DNA of 64,000 bases from a virus. Its lineage: Duplodnaviria; Caudoviricetes. Of the stretch, positions 55,332 through 64,000 are shown in pieces. The stretch is taken from IMG/VR virus record IMGVR_UViG_3300024520_004699, positions 1,275-65,274 of that record. The stretch is one strand, 5' to 3'. The notes under the pieces were generated by a model. It had not been told where the DNA came from and ran no database searches. It saw nothing but the letters and a program-made list of their open reading frames with translations. The position numbers were made by a program, and so were the translations under genes. How positions within the stretch are numbered: the first letter of the stretch is position 1; each line of letters starts with the position of its first letter.

Positions 55332-56024
55332 TTACTTCTTCCACCTTTCCTTCCGGTCGATGATAGTCTGGGCTGTGAACAGGACGTTCTCGTCGAAGTC
55401 TTGAGACAGCATCCACTTCAGGTATCCGGAAGGAATGTCCTCGACCGGCTGACCCTCGTGCTTGCCAAACTGGAACTTCGACAGCAGCACCGGGTTGACG
55501 GTGATGTTGAGCATCTCCGTGATTGGGAAGTGGATGGTCAGGGCCCGGAGCAGCTCGGCACAGACATAGGCGTCAGGAAGGGCCCTGTGGGCCTCTCCGG
55601 CCTCCCGGTCCACTCCATCGATATTGGCGAAGCCGATCCAGTAGCGCAAAGCGTGCAGGGCGTGGGACGGCGCGTCAGGCCATGCTGTAAGGGCACACTT
55701 GTATGTGCAGAGCCATGGGGCCTTGACCATGGGCAGCAGGGTTTTCTCGAAGCTTGAGTTGTGGGCAACGGCAATGTCGACATCATTTGTCAGCCCACCA
55801 GCCTCAACCACATCTGTCAGGTCGAGCGCTGAGCCCAAATCAGATTCGATGATGTGATGCACGGCAGAGGCTTGTGGGGATATTGCTATGTTGGGCTTAA
55901 CGAATGACGACCACGCTGATACCTCAGTGAGATCCTCTTCGAGACCAACAACAGCAATCTCAATCACCTGATCCCTCTCCGGATCTGGGCCCGTAGTCTC
56001 AACATCTATGACGGATATTTTCAT
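55332..56024 (-). CDS. DEDDh 3'-5' exonuclease (exonuclease X-like)
   Basis: IDVETTG, VAHN, AHRALPDA; C-terminal FGKHEG..IPSGYLKW. Confidence 0.85.
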   Translation of the reverse strand: MKISVIDVETTGPDPERDQVIEIAVVGLEEDLTEVSAWSSFVKPNIAISPQASAVHHIIESDLGSALDLTDVVEAGGLTNDVDIAVAHNSSFEKTLLPMVKAPWLCTYKCALTAWPDAPSHALHALRYWIGFANIDGVDREAGEAHRALPDAYVCAELLRALTIHFPITEMLNITVNPVLLSKFQFGKHEGQPVEDIPSGYLKWMLSQDFDENVLFTAQTIIDRKERWKK

Positions 56025-56491
56025 GGCGCTTTTCCTCTTTCTTCTGCAGTCTCTTCTGGTGGTGGGAGTAAATTTATTTCACTGGCTCGCTCGTACAATG
56101 TGCGGCCATCACTGGTCAGCATGTAGGGCATGAAGACCGCGCCGAAAGAAAGCATGCCGCATTCGACTGCGGTGACCTGCCCCTTCACCCAGTCACGCAG
56201 AATGGAATTGATTGCTATCATCCCCTGCTTGAGGGCTTTGGCTTCATAGTCAGCCTTCGTAATGTGTCGCCTGTGACTCCACGGCTGGTCTTTCAGATAT
56301 AGAGCGGCCCAGCCCTTGCCCGAGGCTGTCAACTGGATGGAACGCCCACGGTGCTTGAACGCCAGAATAACAGAGTGGTCTGAAAAATTGTCCATGAAGC
56401 CAACTGACTCACAGCCAAGTCGCTGGAGAATTTTTGATATCTCCTCGCGCGCATGTGCACCGCTTCTTGCGGTAGCATAAGGTGTGATCAT
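56021..56491 (-). CDS. conserved phage hypothetical protein
   Basis: LRDWVKGQVTAVECG..FMPYML. Confidence 0.6.
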   Translation of the reverse strand: MITPYATARSGAHAREEISKILQRLGCESVGFMDNFSDHSVILAFKHRGRSIQLTASGKGWAALYLKDQPWSHRRHITKADYEAKALKQGMIAINSILRDWVKGQVTAVECGMLSFGAVFMPYMLTSDGRTLYERASEINLLPPPEETAEERGKAP

Positions 56492-56796
56492 GTCTCACCT
56501 CTTGCCTTGGCGAGAGCGTCTTGGGCATCTAGCGTCCAGTGGTCGGCTGGGACGCCATAACTGCTTTCGTGGTCATCTAGTGCTTTTTCTAGCGCCTCCA
56601 GCAAATCTGGCGCAGCTGCTATCAGATGAGCATCTGGCATTCCGCCACAGTCGCCAACCTTATCAATCCGGCTGTGGAGAGGGATTAAGTAGACAGACGC
56701 CACAGCAGTGAGGCCTCCATCTCCATAAATAATATTTGGGTTCCACCCATTATTTTTGCCCACTCTCCATGGGCCCGGCGTAGGCTTCTTGTCCAT
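56488..56796 (-). CDS. phage hypothetical protein
   Basis: TPGPW...DAHLIAAAPDLLEAL family signature. Confidence 0.65.
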   Translation of the reverse strand: MDKKPTPGPWRVGKNNGWNPNIIYGDGGLTAVASVYLIPLHSRIDKVGDCGGMPDAHLIAAAPDLLEALEKALDDHESSYGVPADHWTLDAQDALAKARGET

Positions 56797-57239
56797 CACG
56801 CTGCTCCTCTTTGTCCTTCTCGCTTCAATGTGGTCACGTCCACTCCGAGCCGGTCTGACCAGAGCCACACGGCGCGGTCATAGAAATTCTCGAACGTCTT
56901 CTGGTCCATGTTTTCAACCGCGATGCTCTTGGTCTGTATCACGAGACGGCCACCCCAGTCTGTCCACGAGTCAACCATCCCGCACTTGAGCTTCGTCTGC
57001 TCAACCAAGGTTGCCGCGTCAATGAAGCCCGGGAGGTTGTCGGCAACGCGCTCGGCTATCGCCCAGAACTTCTGGAGGTGTTCCAGATTGCGTGGGTGGG
57101 TGATCTGGACAAGGACTGGCTTTTTCCTCGTGACCTTCGTCAGGCGACCCTCGGCGAGGGGGCCGTTGGGGAACAGCCCCTCCTCGTAAGAGGTCTTTGG
57201 CCGCCGCCTCTCGGACGAGAATTTTAGAAGCTCACCCAT
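56796..57239 (-). CDS. DUF1367-like recombination-associated protein
   Basis: PRNLEHLQKFWA..KSIAVENMDQKTFENFYDRA. Confidence 0.65.
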   Translation of the reverse strand: MGELLKFSSERRRPKTSYEEGLFPNGPLAEGRLTKVTRKKPVLVQITHPRNLEHLQKFWAIAERVADNLPGFIDAATLVEQTKLKCGMVDSWTDWGGRLVIQTKSIAVENMDQKTFENFYDRAVWLWSDRLGVDVTTLKREGQRGAA

Positions 57240-57555
57240 GCACTCTTTCATCGGGAAAATCTGGATGATTGATGTTCGTGCGGTATAGTCTGGAAAAAAT
57301 ACTAAATCCCAACTCACTGCCATCAAGTTGTGGCAGGCAACGCCAAACCACGATGTCGTGTGCCTTTGTATATTTTTCCAACTCGTCGGCATAGGCGCGT
57401 ATGGCGTCGACCGGATCATCGAAAAGTTTACGCATTGGCGCTCCCTCTTCTTTGACGCCGCTGCTTGTCAGGGTCACATATTTGTGGCGGCCTTCCTTCG
57501 CATCAGCTGCCGCCCCAAACCATGCCTTCTGCTCTCCTAAATAATGTTGGGTCAT
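57232..57555 (-). CDS. hypothetical protein
   Basis: Coupled ORF. Confidence 0.45.
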   Translation of the reverse strand: MTQHYLGEQKAWFGAAADAKEGRHKYVTLTSSGVKEEGAPMRKLFDDPVDAIRAYADELEKYTKAHDIVVWRCLPQLDGSELGFSIFSRLYRTNINHPDFPDERVHG

Positions 57556-58568
57556 CCCATCTCCTCAACACGCCCTGCGTGTTTGTCAAACATGGCCTCA
57601 GCCTTCTCAATATCTGGCGGGAACAGATTATCGATTACGCTGATGTGATAATCCCGAGCTGCTTTGAGACCCTCCAGATCTCCCACCACAATATCGTTAA
57701 GCATGCCCTCAAGGTGATTGAGATAATTATCCGGATCGAAAAACTCGCCCTCGATTTCCTGAGGGGCATCCCCCGCCCCCTCCGGAGAGGGCGGGGTTGT
57801 TCCTTCGCTGTTGGAGTCATCGGAAATCTCTGGTGCGGGCGGGGCTGACGGTGGAGTAATATCCTTGGGCGTTTCCATGTCATACAGCTCGTCATCCCTG
57901 TGGATGATCTCTTCAAGCCTCAGAGAGCAGGGCACACTCTTGATGCCACGACGGACCACGACCTTCTTGTATCCCTCGCCGGTAAACTTGGACCACATCA
58001 GAGAGTTGGGAGCCTTGGACTGGGCTCTGACGCGTTCGATGTCTTCCTTGTTCATGACCTCACGGTGGAGGATTGTATCGCCCTTCCTGATGATGGCGTA
58101 GGCACCGACTATATCGCCGCGCTTATCGGTGAGATCTGCCGGGATGTGCTCGATGGCAGGAAGGTCGCCCTGACATCTCTGGAAGTGATCGGCTGCATAA
58201 ACCACCTGCGCGTCGATGATGATGTCGTCCAGCTCACGCGCTCGCTTGCGCAACCCCCAAACCATCGGGTTCCAGCTGGCCTCGACACCCTTCTTGCCTT
58301 TGTACTTGGTGATGACACCTTCACGTCCATCAGGCAGCAGCCCATCCTGAGCGCTCTTGGTGATGGCGGCGAACAGAGAGCGCTGGGTGCATTCGAGCAG
58401 GTCTGGGGTTTGCTTGACGGCGGCCAGCGCGGAATTGAAAAATCTGTCCTTGTCGATGTTCTTCGGCAGTTGGGTGGCAATGCCATCAGCCCGGCTGGAC
58501 AGGCCACTCTCAAACTTTTCCCAGCGGATCACTGCATTACTCTTTGTTTTTTCGGCGCACATTCTCAA
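57552..58568 (-). CDS. recT: RecT-family single-strand annealing protein
   Basis: LLECTQRSL..AQDGLLPDGREG..AQVVY..W..F..KKVVVRRGIKSVP. Confidence 0.8.
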   Translation of the reverse strand: MRMCAEKTKSNAVIRWEKFESGLSSRADGIATQLPKNIDKDRFFNSALAAVKQTPDLLECTQRSLFAAITKSAQDGLLPDGREGVITKYKGKKGVEASWNPMVWGLRKRARELDDIIIDAQVVYAADHFQRCQGDLPAIEHIPADLTDKRGDIVGAYAIIRKGDTILHREVMNKEDIERVRAQSKAPNSLMWSKFTGEGYKKVVVRRGIKSVPCSLRLEEIIHRDDELYDMETPKDITPPSAPPAPEISDDSNSEGTTPPSPEGAGDAPQEIEGEFFDPDNYLNHLEGMLNDIVVGDLEGLKAARDYHISVIDNLFPPDIEKAEAMFDKHAGRVEEMG

Positions 58569-58869
58569 TCTCCTCTTCTGTAAATTCTTTGATAAGCCTC
58601 AACGAATGGCAGAGAAATTTGTCACGATTTTTATCCTCTACCAAGGCGGTAGCCATGAACATGATGATATGGGCCACGCAAGTAACTGCGGCATTCCCCG
58701 CGTGGGTTTTATCGGTGCCCCTGTCTTCTTCTCTTTGTAGATATCCAGTGATGGGCATCACTAAACATTTTCCTGCCCGGCCCATCGCGGCCACCTCGAC
58801 GTCATCCTTCATCGCGAGGTGATGGTAAAATTCAGCCATCTCTAGCTCATATCTTAGAAGTGTTTTCAC
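58537..58869 (-). CDS. hypothetical protein
   Basis: Coupled ORF. Confidence 0.45.
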   Translation of the reverse strand: MKTLLRYELEMAEFYHHLAMKDDVEVAAMGRAGKCLVMPITGYLQREEDRGTDKTHAGNAAVTCVAHIIMFMATALVEDKNRDKFLCHSLRLIKEFTEEEIENVRRKNKE

Positions 58870-59783
58870 ACCGCGACCTTTTCATCCTTGACCTTCGTAC
58901 CGGGCACCTTGACGCCGGTCTTGGCCACTCTGGTGACGAGCTTCGTGACAAGGGCCACCACCTCGTGGTTCTGATCAAAGTTTTTGACTACATAGTCGAG
59001 ACACTTTTTGTAGTCCACAATCTCAACGACGGTTTCCGTGCGCAAGCTCACACGCCTGCCGTGGGCACCCCCTGCCTTGACTGATGTCAGTGGTGCCGGT
59101 GGGGCTTCGTTCTTGGCGGCGGCCTCCGAAGCTTCCTTCAATCGTGCGGCCTCCTGCACGCGCATATAAGAAGTGAGAGGCCCTCGCAAAAATTTTGCCG
59201 CAGCCTCAGCCGCGAGCTTCAGTGGGTTCCACTTGGCGTCCACTTCCTTGCTGGCGGCGAGGTGAGGAGCCTTCTCATCGGTGCGCAGCTTGTCAGCCTT
59301 CTTGGAAAGGTTCAGCAGCCGGGTGCGCAGGTTGGCAGCCTGATCATTCTGATCGTCGCTGGTGATTTCCTTGTAGTCATCGACGGCGGCAACAGCCGAA
59401 TCGATCTGGTCCTGCAGCTCTGACAAATCATCGGAGGCCGGGGGGGCATTGTGTCCTATCCCGGGGATCTCGTCGGGCCACTCCTCACCGGCCTCGATCT
59501 TGCGGAACAGATCTTCAGTGATTGGAAACTCGGCGCAACGCAGCCAGACATCATTCTTATAATTTTCCTCAACCGCCTTGCCATCTACCGTTACGTGGTA
59601 GGTCAGGTATCCGTCCTTGCTCTCGGGGGCATGAGAATCGTGCCAGATTGCGACACGCTGCCAGCCTCCCGAGGATCTCTTCTTTTTGTAGAAGCCACAC
59701 TGAAGATGGTCTGCGTGGATCTCGCCGATGCGCCCCGCTAAGGCTTCGCGCCACCAGTTATATAAGTCAGGTTGATTGTTCAT
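58866..59783 (-). CDS. conserved phage protein (Gam/gp157-like coiled-coil C-terminus)
   Basis: First gene of the leftward operon; GIGHNAPP, RTDEKAPHL..VDAKW, VPGTKV. Confidence 0.6.
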   Translation of the reverse strand: MNNQPDLYNWWREALAGRIGEIHADHLQCGFYKKKRSSGGWQRVAIWHDSHAPESKDGYLTYHVTVDGKAVEENYKNDVWLRCAEFPITEDLFRKIEAGEEWPDEIPGIGHNAPPASDDLSELQDQIDSAVAAVDDYKEITSDDQNDQAANLRTRLLNLSKKADKLRTDEKAPHLAASKEVDAKWNPLKLAAEAAAKFLRGPLTSYMRVQEAARLKEASEAAAKNEAPPAPLTSVKAGGAHGRRVSLRTETVVEIVDYKKCLDYVVKNFDQNHEVVALVTKLVTRVAKTGVKVPGTKVKDEKVAV

Positions 59784-59811
59784 CTCGGCTCCTTCATATG
59801 CCTGAACCAGT

Positions 59812-59838
59812 CGTAACAGCTTGTTACATTTTTTGCAA
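59812..59838 (-). promoter_or_regulatory. leftward promoter with a GTAAC-N5-GTTAC operator
   Basis: Minus strand TTGCAA-N17-TACGAC with the operator at 59812-59828; same geometry as the 4024-4050 site. Confidence 0.6.
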
Positions 59839-59881
59839 CCACATCTTGACGAGCCTGCCCATCATCACCTAATGTCGCGCC

Positions 59882-60136
59882 ATGACAAATACCGATTCTC
59901 AAAACTCTCTCACCGTAGGAGCGACAAAGCTCATACGCTGGAGAAAAGAAAAGGGGCTCAGCCGCGCACAATTCGCTGCAGCCATCAGCGAAGATCCAGA
60001 CAAGCCGATGACGCAGCATGCGGTTGGCAAGTATGAACGCGGTGAGAGCAGGCCCTCCCTCCCAATAATCCAACGCATCAAGACTGCCACTGACGGTTAC
60101 GTTTCAGCCGATGACTGGCTGGATGGCGAGGCTTGA
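59882..60136 (+). CDS. Cro/CI-type HTH regulator
   Basis: LIRWRKEKGLSRAQFA..AVGKYERGESRP..T.G.V.ADDW; divergent from the recombination operon. Confidence 0.8.
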   Translation: MTNTDSQNSLTVGATKLIRWRKEKGLSRAQFAAAISEDPDKPMTQHAVGKYERGESRPSLPIIQRIKTATDGYVSADDWLDGEA

Positions 60137-60348
60137 TGCTTCCTTATATAATGTGGGGCCTTCTCGTTGTTAGTGGATTTTACTTACTGGCTTTTGGGCT
60201 ATTTATGGCTGTCGTGAGCAGCATCAAAGGTGAAGAACTCCCCACCTTGTGGGCCCTGCTAATAGCCTCTCTTGGGTTTACCTGTCTGTGGTTCGCGGCC
60301 TTCGATATGTTTTCCAGCACGATGTGTGCGGAGAGGATCGTGTGGTGA
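60133..60348 (+). CDS. small membrane protein
   Basis: Two hydrophobic segments. Confidence 0.45.
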   Translation: MMLPYIMWGLLVVSGFYLLAFGLFMAVVSSIKGEELPTLWALLIASLGFTCLWFAAFDMFSSTMCAERIVW

Positions 60349-60920
60349 AGAAAAAAAACTCTCACCTGTGGGACAGACATCCTGAGGATTTCTACGTCGA
60401 GCCTCACTGGTGTAGCCGTCGCCTCTTTCAGAGCGAGACGTTTGAGGGAATGATACACGACCCAGCCTGCGGTCGCGGTCGAATTTTAGCCGAGGCCGTT
60501 AAATCTGGGTATCCAGCATATGGCTCCGATCTGGTGGCTCGCGGAGGAGCTGGGGGTGTGAGAAACTTCCTTGATAGCTCGGTGATGTATGACAACATCG
60601 TATGTAACCCCCCATTCGGACTGTGCAGTAAACATCCATATCCATTCGTTGCTCACGCCATTCTACACACTCGTAGAAAGCTGGCTCTCCTGTTGCCTCT
60701 TGTCTGGGCTGGGGGAGCCAAGCGCTCCGTGTTCCTAAGAGAAACCCCCCTCTCCAAAATTCTAGTGTTGGCTCCTCGCCCCTCCATGCCTCCGGGCCCT
60801 GTCATCGAGGCAGGCATAGCCCCGGGAGGAGGCAAGAAAGACTACGCATGGTTTATCTGGGACAAAGTTGGACTTCCTGAGAGCCCGAGGTTTGGTTGGC
60901 TGGTCAGGGACGAGAGATGA
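60345..60920 (+). CDS. DNA amino-methyltransferase-like protein
   Basis: DFY..P, DPACGRG (motif I), NPPF (motif IV), YAWFIWD. Confidence 0.75.
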   Translation: MKKKNSHLWDRHPEDFYVEPHWCSRRLFQSETFEGMIHDPACGRGRILAEAVKSGYPAYGSDLVARGGAGGVRNFLDSSVMYDNIVCNPPFGLCSKHPYPFVAHAILHTRRKLALLLPLVWAGGAKRSVFLRETPLSKILVLAPRPSMPPGPVIEAGIAPGGGKKDYAWFIWDKVGLPESPRFGWLVRDER

Positions 60921-60995
60921 GCCGCAAGAGCCGCGCCAAGAAGCGCCGCAAGCTGAGGGCGGCTGAGTTCAAAGAGAGAGAGAGAAAGTTTTGCG

Positions 60996-61448
60996 ATGGC
61001 AAAAGATTGGACGAACGAGGAGATCGTGCTCCTCAAAGAAATGATCAACGTGCAAAAACTGACGAGGGCTGCAGCCGCTATTAAACTCGGTCGAACGCGG
61101 CTCAGTATTGTAGGGAAGTGGGATCGTATCACTGGACGAAAGACCCCGCGCAAGACTGGACGTAAGCGCCTGCGCAAGAAGAGCGGGTTTACTCCTCCGT
61201 GGTCGGCACAGAGGGGAGAATCCGTAGCCCCACTTCCCGAAAAAAAGCTCAAACACCCAAAGCCCAAGCGCGACAAGAACAAAAAACTAATCACGATTAG
61301 CTCTCTGGAGCGCAGCATGTGCAAATTTCCGATTGGAGATCCCAGAGATGACGACTTCCACTTTTGTGCCCAGAAGATTTTTCCCCGGTCGGTCTACTGC
61401 GAGTATCACAACTCGATTGCATACCGGCCTCAACAACAAAGAGGATAG
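60996..61448 (+). CDS. GcrA-like regulator
   Basis: DWTNEEI..LG.TRLSIVGKWDR N-terminus; CKFPIGDPRDDDFHFC..YCEYH C-terminus. Confidence 0.85.
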   Translation: MAKDWTNEEIVLLKEMINVQKLTRAAAAIKLGRTRLSIVGKWDRITGRKTPRKTGRKRLRKKSGFTPPWSAQRGESVAPLPEKKLKHPKPKRDKNKKLITISSLERSMCKFPIGDPRDDDFHFCAQKIFPRSVYCEYHNSIAYRPQQQRG

Positions 61449-61451
61449 AAC

Positions 61452-61814
61452 ATGACCAAAAAACCTGACGACAAAGTTGTGCCGATTGATGGCAAAAAAG
61501 ACGAGGAGCCCGGAATGGGGCACAATGCTCCGAACGGAAAAGAGTTGCTCGAATACATAAGTCGGATCGAGGAGCTGGAAGGCCAGAAGAAAGATCTCTC
61601 CAGCGATATCGGTGACCTCAAAAAAGAAGCGGCCCAGTCAGGCATCCAGACCAAAGTCCTGAACGAGATCCTGCGTGAGCGCAAGCGCATGGCAACCCTT
61701 GGCAAGGAAGGCTGGGAAAACTTCCAAGACGAGCTGGAAGCATCACAGGAGGCGATGGGTAAAAAATATCTCGAGCCCATCCAGATGGTGTTGACCGGGA
61801 TGGAGCAAGACTGA
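61452..61814 (+). CDS. DUF2312/GapR-like DNA-binding protein
   Basis: GHNA..LLEYISRIEELEGQKKDLSSDI..KEAAQSG..K.L..I.R.RK. Confidence 0.75.
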   Translation: MTKKPDDKVVPIDGKKDEEPGMGHNAPNGKELLEYISRIEELEGQKKDLSSDIGDLKKEAAQSGIQTKVLNEILRERKRMATLGKEGWENFQDELEASQEAMGKKYLEPIQMVLTGMEQD

Positions 61815-62341
61815 TGTCACTTATTGTCGGCATCGACCCGGGACTGAGTGGTGCCGTCGCTGTCGTTTGGAATGACGACGGCACCCTACAGTCTGTCACC
61901 GATATTCCCACCATGGGGACACACAAAAAGAGAATGGTTGATGGGATAGCTTTGTCGATCCTTCTGGAATCGCTTGTGCTTCCGAAGGCTGCCTCCATGG
62001 CCGAGCGCATTTCCACCTCTCCATTGGGCAGCTTTATTGGTGAAGTGGTGTTGGAGCAGGCTCAGGCCATGCCCCGGCAGGGGGTCAGCAGCACGTTCCG
62101 GTTTGGTATGGCTTATGGTCAGATTATCGGTGTACTCCACTCTCTGCGGCTTCCTGTGACCTATGTGACCTCAGCTAAGTGGAAGCGCTCGGCTGGTCTG
62201 GATGCAGACAAAGAAAACTCACGGCGCAAGGCCATTGAGACGTTTCCAGCGATGGCAGGCCACTTCTCCAGAAAGAAAGATCACAACAGGGCCGAGGCCG
62301 CGTTGCTGGCGAGGTGGCACTCCGGAGTAGACAGACGGTGA
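61814..62341 (+). CDS. RuvC-like Holliday junction resolvase
   Basis: IVGIDPGLSGA, VLEQ, QGVSSTFRFG, KWK, DHNRAEAALLA. Confidence 0.85.
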   Translation: MSLIVGIDPGLSGAVAVVWNDDGTLQSVTDIPTMGTHKKRMVDGIALSILLESLVLPKAASMAERISTSPLGSFIGEVVLEQAQAMPRQGVSSTFRFGMAYGQIIGVLHSLRLPVTYVTSAKWKRSAGLDADKENSRRKAIETFPAMAGHFSRKKDHNRAEAALLARWHSGVDRR

Positions 62342-62519
62342 CCCAGCCTGTTACAGATGAACATCGAACTTTGTTTCGGGCTGAGCGCGTGGGTAGCTCC
62401 CACCTTGCTCTGTTTCTCCTTGTGGCTTTACCTTTCGCCATTTTTTCCACGGAGGCGCTCACTCGAACAAGTAAGGAGAGGGACATGGTATCCGGAGAAA
62501 ATCAAAGAGAAAGGTAAAT

Positions 62520-63314
62520 ATGATGAGCAAACATCCCGTCTTTCCACTTTGGGTTAGCGACTTTATAGACGGCACTTCCCACCTCAATGCCGAAGAGACC
62601 GGCGTCTACTGTTTGCTCCTCATGTCCATGTGGAGCCACGGCGGTTCGATCCCCGATGACAACCAAGACAATGCTCGAATTTGCCGCGTATCGCTACGTA
62701 AATGGATAGCAATCAAAAAGCGTCTTGCACCACTTTTGACGTTTTCCGAGCGCGAGATTACACAAAAACGGTTACAACGTGAATGGAATCGCATCATCGA
62801 GAAATCAGAATCTCAACGTCAAAAAGGTATACTCTCAGGCATTGCCAGAGCTAAAAAAAACAAAGGCTTAGCTGATAATCCGGTTAATAAACGGTTGGAT
62901 GGGGGTTCCAACCAACAAAATATGAATCCGGTTGGAACCGGAGACGAGCCTTTAGATTTAGATTTAGATTTAAAAGAGTCTCCGTCTTCTCCTGAAGAAG
63001 AGAAGACGGCACAAAATTCAAATCCTACCAATGGATCGGGAGATGACAGAACCGTCCATCAGGTCATCACAGATATGGTATGGCAGAAAGGCATTCCCGA
63101 TCTGGTGAAGCTTGGCGCAAAAGAAAGCACGATCAGAAGCTTCATCGGTAAGTGTCTAAAAACATCAGATCCTGAAGATGTGTTGCGAGCAATCGAGGCG
63201 GCTGTGAAATTGGGGACAAAGGAACCACAGGCCTACATCACCAAGGTGTTGGAGAATGGACTGCAAGCCGGAGGTGATGAGGTTTACATGGGGCAGAGGA
63301 TCAGGGAGGTGTGA
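62520..63314 (+). CDS. DUF1376/YdaU-family replication protein
   Basis: FPLWVSDFIDGTSHL.AEE.GVYCLLL..W..QKRL. Confidence 0.8.
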   Translation: MMSKHPVFPLWVSDFIDGTSHLNAEETGVYCLLLMSMWSHGGSIPDDNQDNARICRVSLRKWIAIKKRLAPLLTFSEREITQKRLQREWNRIIEKSESQRQKGILSGIARAKKNKGLADNPVNKRLDGGSNQQNMNPVGTGDEPLDLDLDLKESPSSPEEEKTAQNSNPTNGSGDDRTVHQVITDMVWQKGIPDLVKLGAKESTIRSFIGKCLKTSDPEDVLRAIEAAVKLGTKEPQAYITKVLENGLQAGGDEVYMGQRIREV

Positions 63315-63739
63315 TGAAAACAGACAGCGAAATTTTGAGTGACGCGGGAATACACATTCGTAGTGGCCGTGGATATGCGGGCACAGTGAGAACCCCATGC
63401 CCCGAGTGCTCACATCTGAGAAAGAAGAAACGAGATCCGTGCCTGTCGGTGACATTTAAGTCCGATGGTATTCAATGGTATTGCTGGCATTGCGGATGGA
63501 GCGGAGGTGATTTTTATGACAACAGCAGAAATAGGCCTGAGCGAGCAGGCAACAGCGTGGCTGGAAGGCCGGAGCCTAGACCCAGAGCTGGCCACTCGGT
63601 TCGGGTGGAAAAGCGTGAAAGACAAGGGCGGGAAAGAGTGGATCAAAATTCCCTACGTTCGAGACGGACAGGTCATCAACAACAAGTCTCGGAAGCTCAG
63701 CGAGAAAAAGTTTTTCAACGACCGAGACACAGAACATGA
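63311..63739 (+). CDS. primase zinc-binding domain (separate ORF)
   Basis: CPECSHLRKKKRDPCLSV..WYCWHCGWSG, as in T7 gp4/Twinkle-type primases. Confidence 0.7.
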   Translation: MMKTDSEILSDAGIHIRSGRGYAGTVRTPCPECSHLRKKKRDPCLSVTFKSDGIQWYCWHCGWSGGDFYDNSRNRPERAGNSVAGRPEPRPRAGHSVRVEKRERQGRERVDQNSLRSRRTGHQQQVSEAQREKVFQRPRHRT

Positions 63740-64000
63740 CTTGCTTAATGTGGATTGCCTCAAAGATGAGGCTCTGGCGTCTGAGCCACTGATTATCACT
63801 GAGGGGGAGTTCGATTGGCTGGCGGTCTACCAATGCGGTTTCCAGCGTTCGGTATCCATGCCTGACGGCTGGAATAAAAAGCTGGAGAGCGAAGATGGTC
63901 AGCCCAAGTTCGAGGTCTTCCGACGAAACGAACAGCTGATCCTGTCGGCTGAAAAAATTGTGGCTGTGGTCGATGATGATGAGACCGGCCACAATCTCCT
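63516..64000 (+). CDS. TOPRIM primase (Twinkle/T7 gp4-like), 3'-truncated
   Basis: GGAGG SD; MTTAEIGLSEQ..IPYVRDGQVINNKSR..LIITEGEFD..SVSMPDG..AVVDDDETG; runs off the window. Confidence 0.8.
   Translation, partial: MTTAEIGLSEQATAWLEGRSLDPELATRFGWKSVKDKGGKEWIKIPYVRDGQVINNKSRKLSEKKFFNDRDTEHDLLNVDCLKDEALASEPLIITEGEFDWLAVYQCGFQRSVSMPDGWNKKLESEDGQPKFEVFRRNEQLILSAEKIVAVVDDDETGHNL

Noticed and set aside
57900-58583. Plus-strand 227-aa ORF and similar long antisense ORFs (e.g. 43728-44468, 39357-39998)
   Set aside because: Shadow frames of well-supported genes on the opposite strand, with no recognisable motifs.

Overview
The window is most of a dsDNA tailed-phage genome, probably a short-tailed P22-like podovirus. 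GcrA-like, DUF2312/GapR-like and PolA-like genes point to an alphaproteobacterial host. Order: a stand-alone 5'-3' exonuclease, a PAPS-reductase-like gene and tRNA-Thr; then an early/accessory region; terminase, portal, a 2456-aa polyvalent protein, and head, tail and ejection genes; a lysis cassette; a leftward recombination/nuclease operon (RecT, ExoX, HNH, MazG); and a Cro-like HTH followed by replication genes, with the primase running off the end. No integrase was seen. The standout is an RNA-guided-type locus at about 6.5-10.4 kb. An IS110/Nop-domain gene with no nuclease domain (TasA-like, 7862-8767) is followed from its stop codon by a strict 36-nt dual-repeat/dual-spacer array (TIGR-like; GAGCGAGCCA-N8-GAGAGYRCCA-N8; 26 + 5 units). 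The array is split by a gene bounded by a 27-bp direct repeat, and one recurrent spacer supplies the start codons of two ORFs. A single orphan unit sits in a hairpin upstream of a Toprim/TopoVI-A-like gene, and a structured leader precedes the tas gene. A GTAAC-N5-GTTAC operator occurs at four promoter regions, including those of this locus and the Cro-like switch. All family assignments come from motif recognition by eye; no database search was run.
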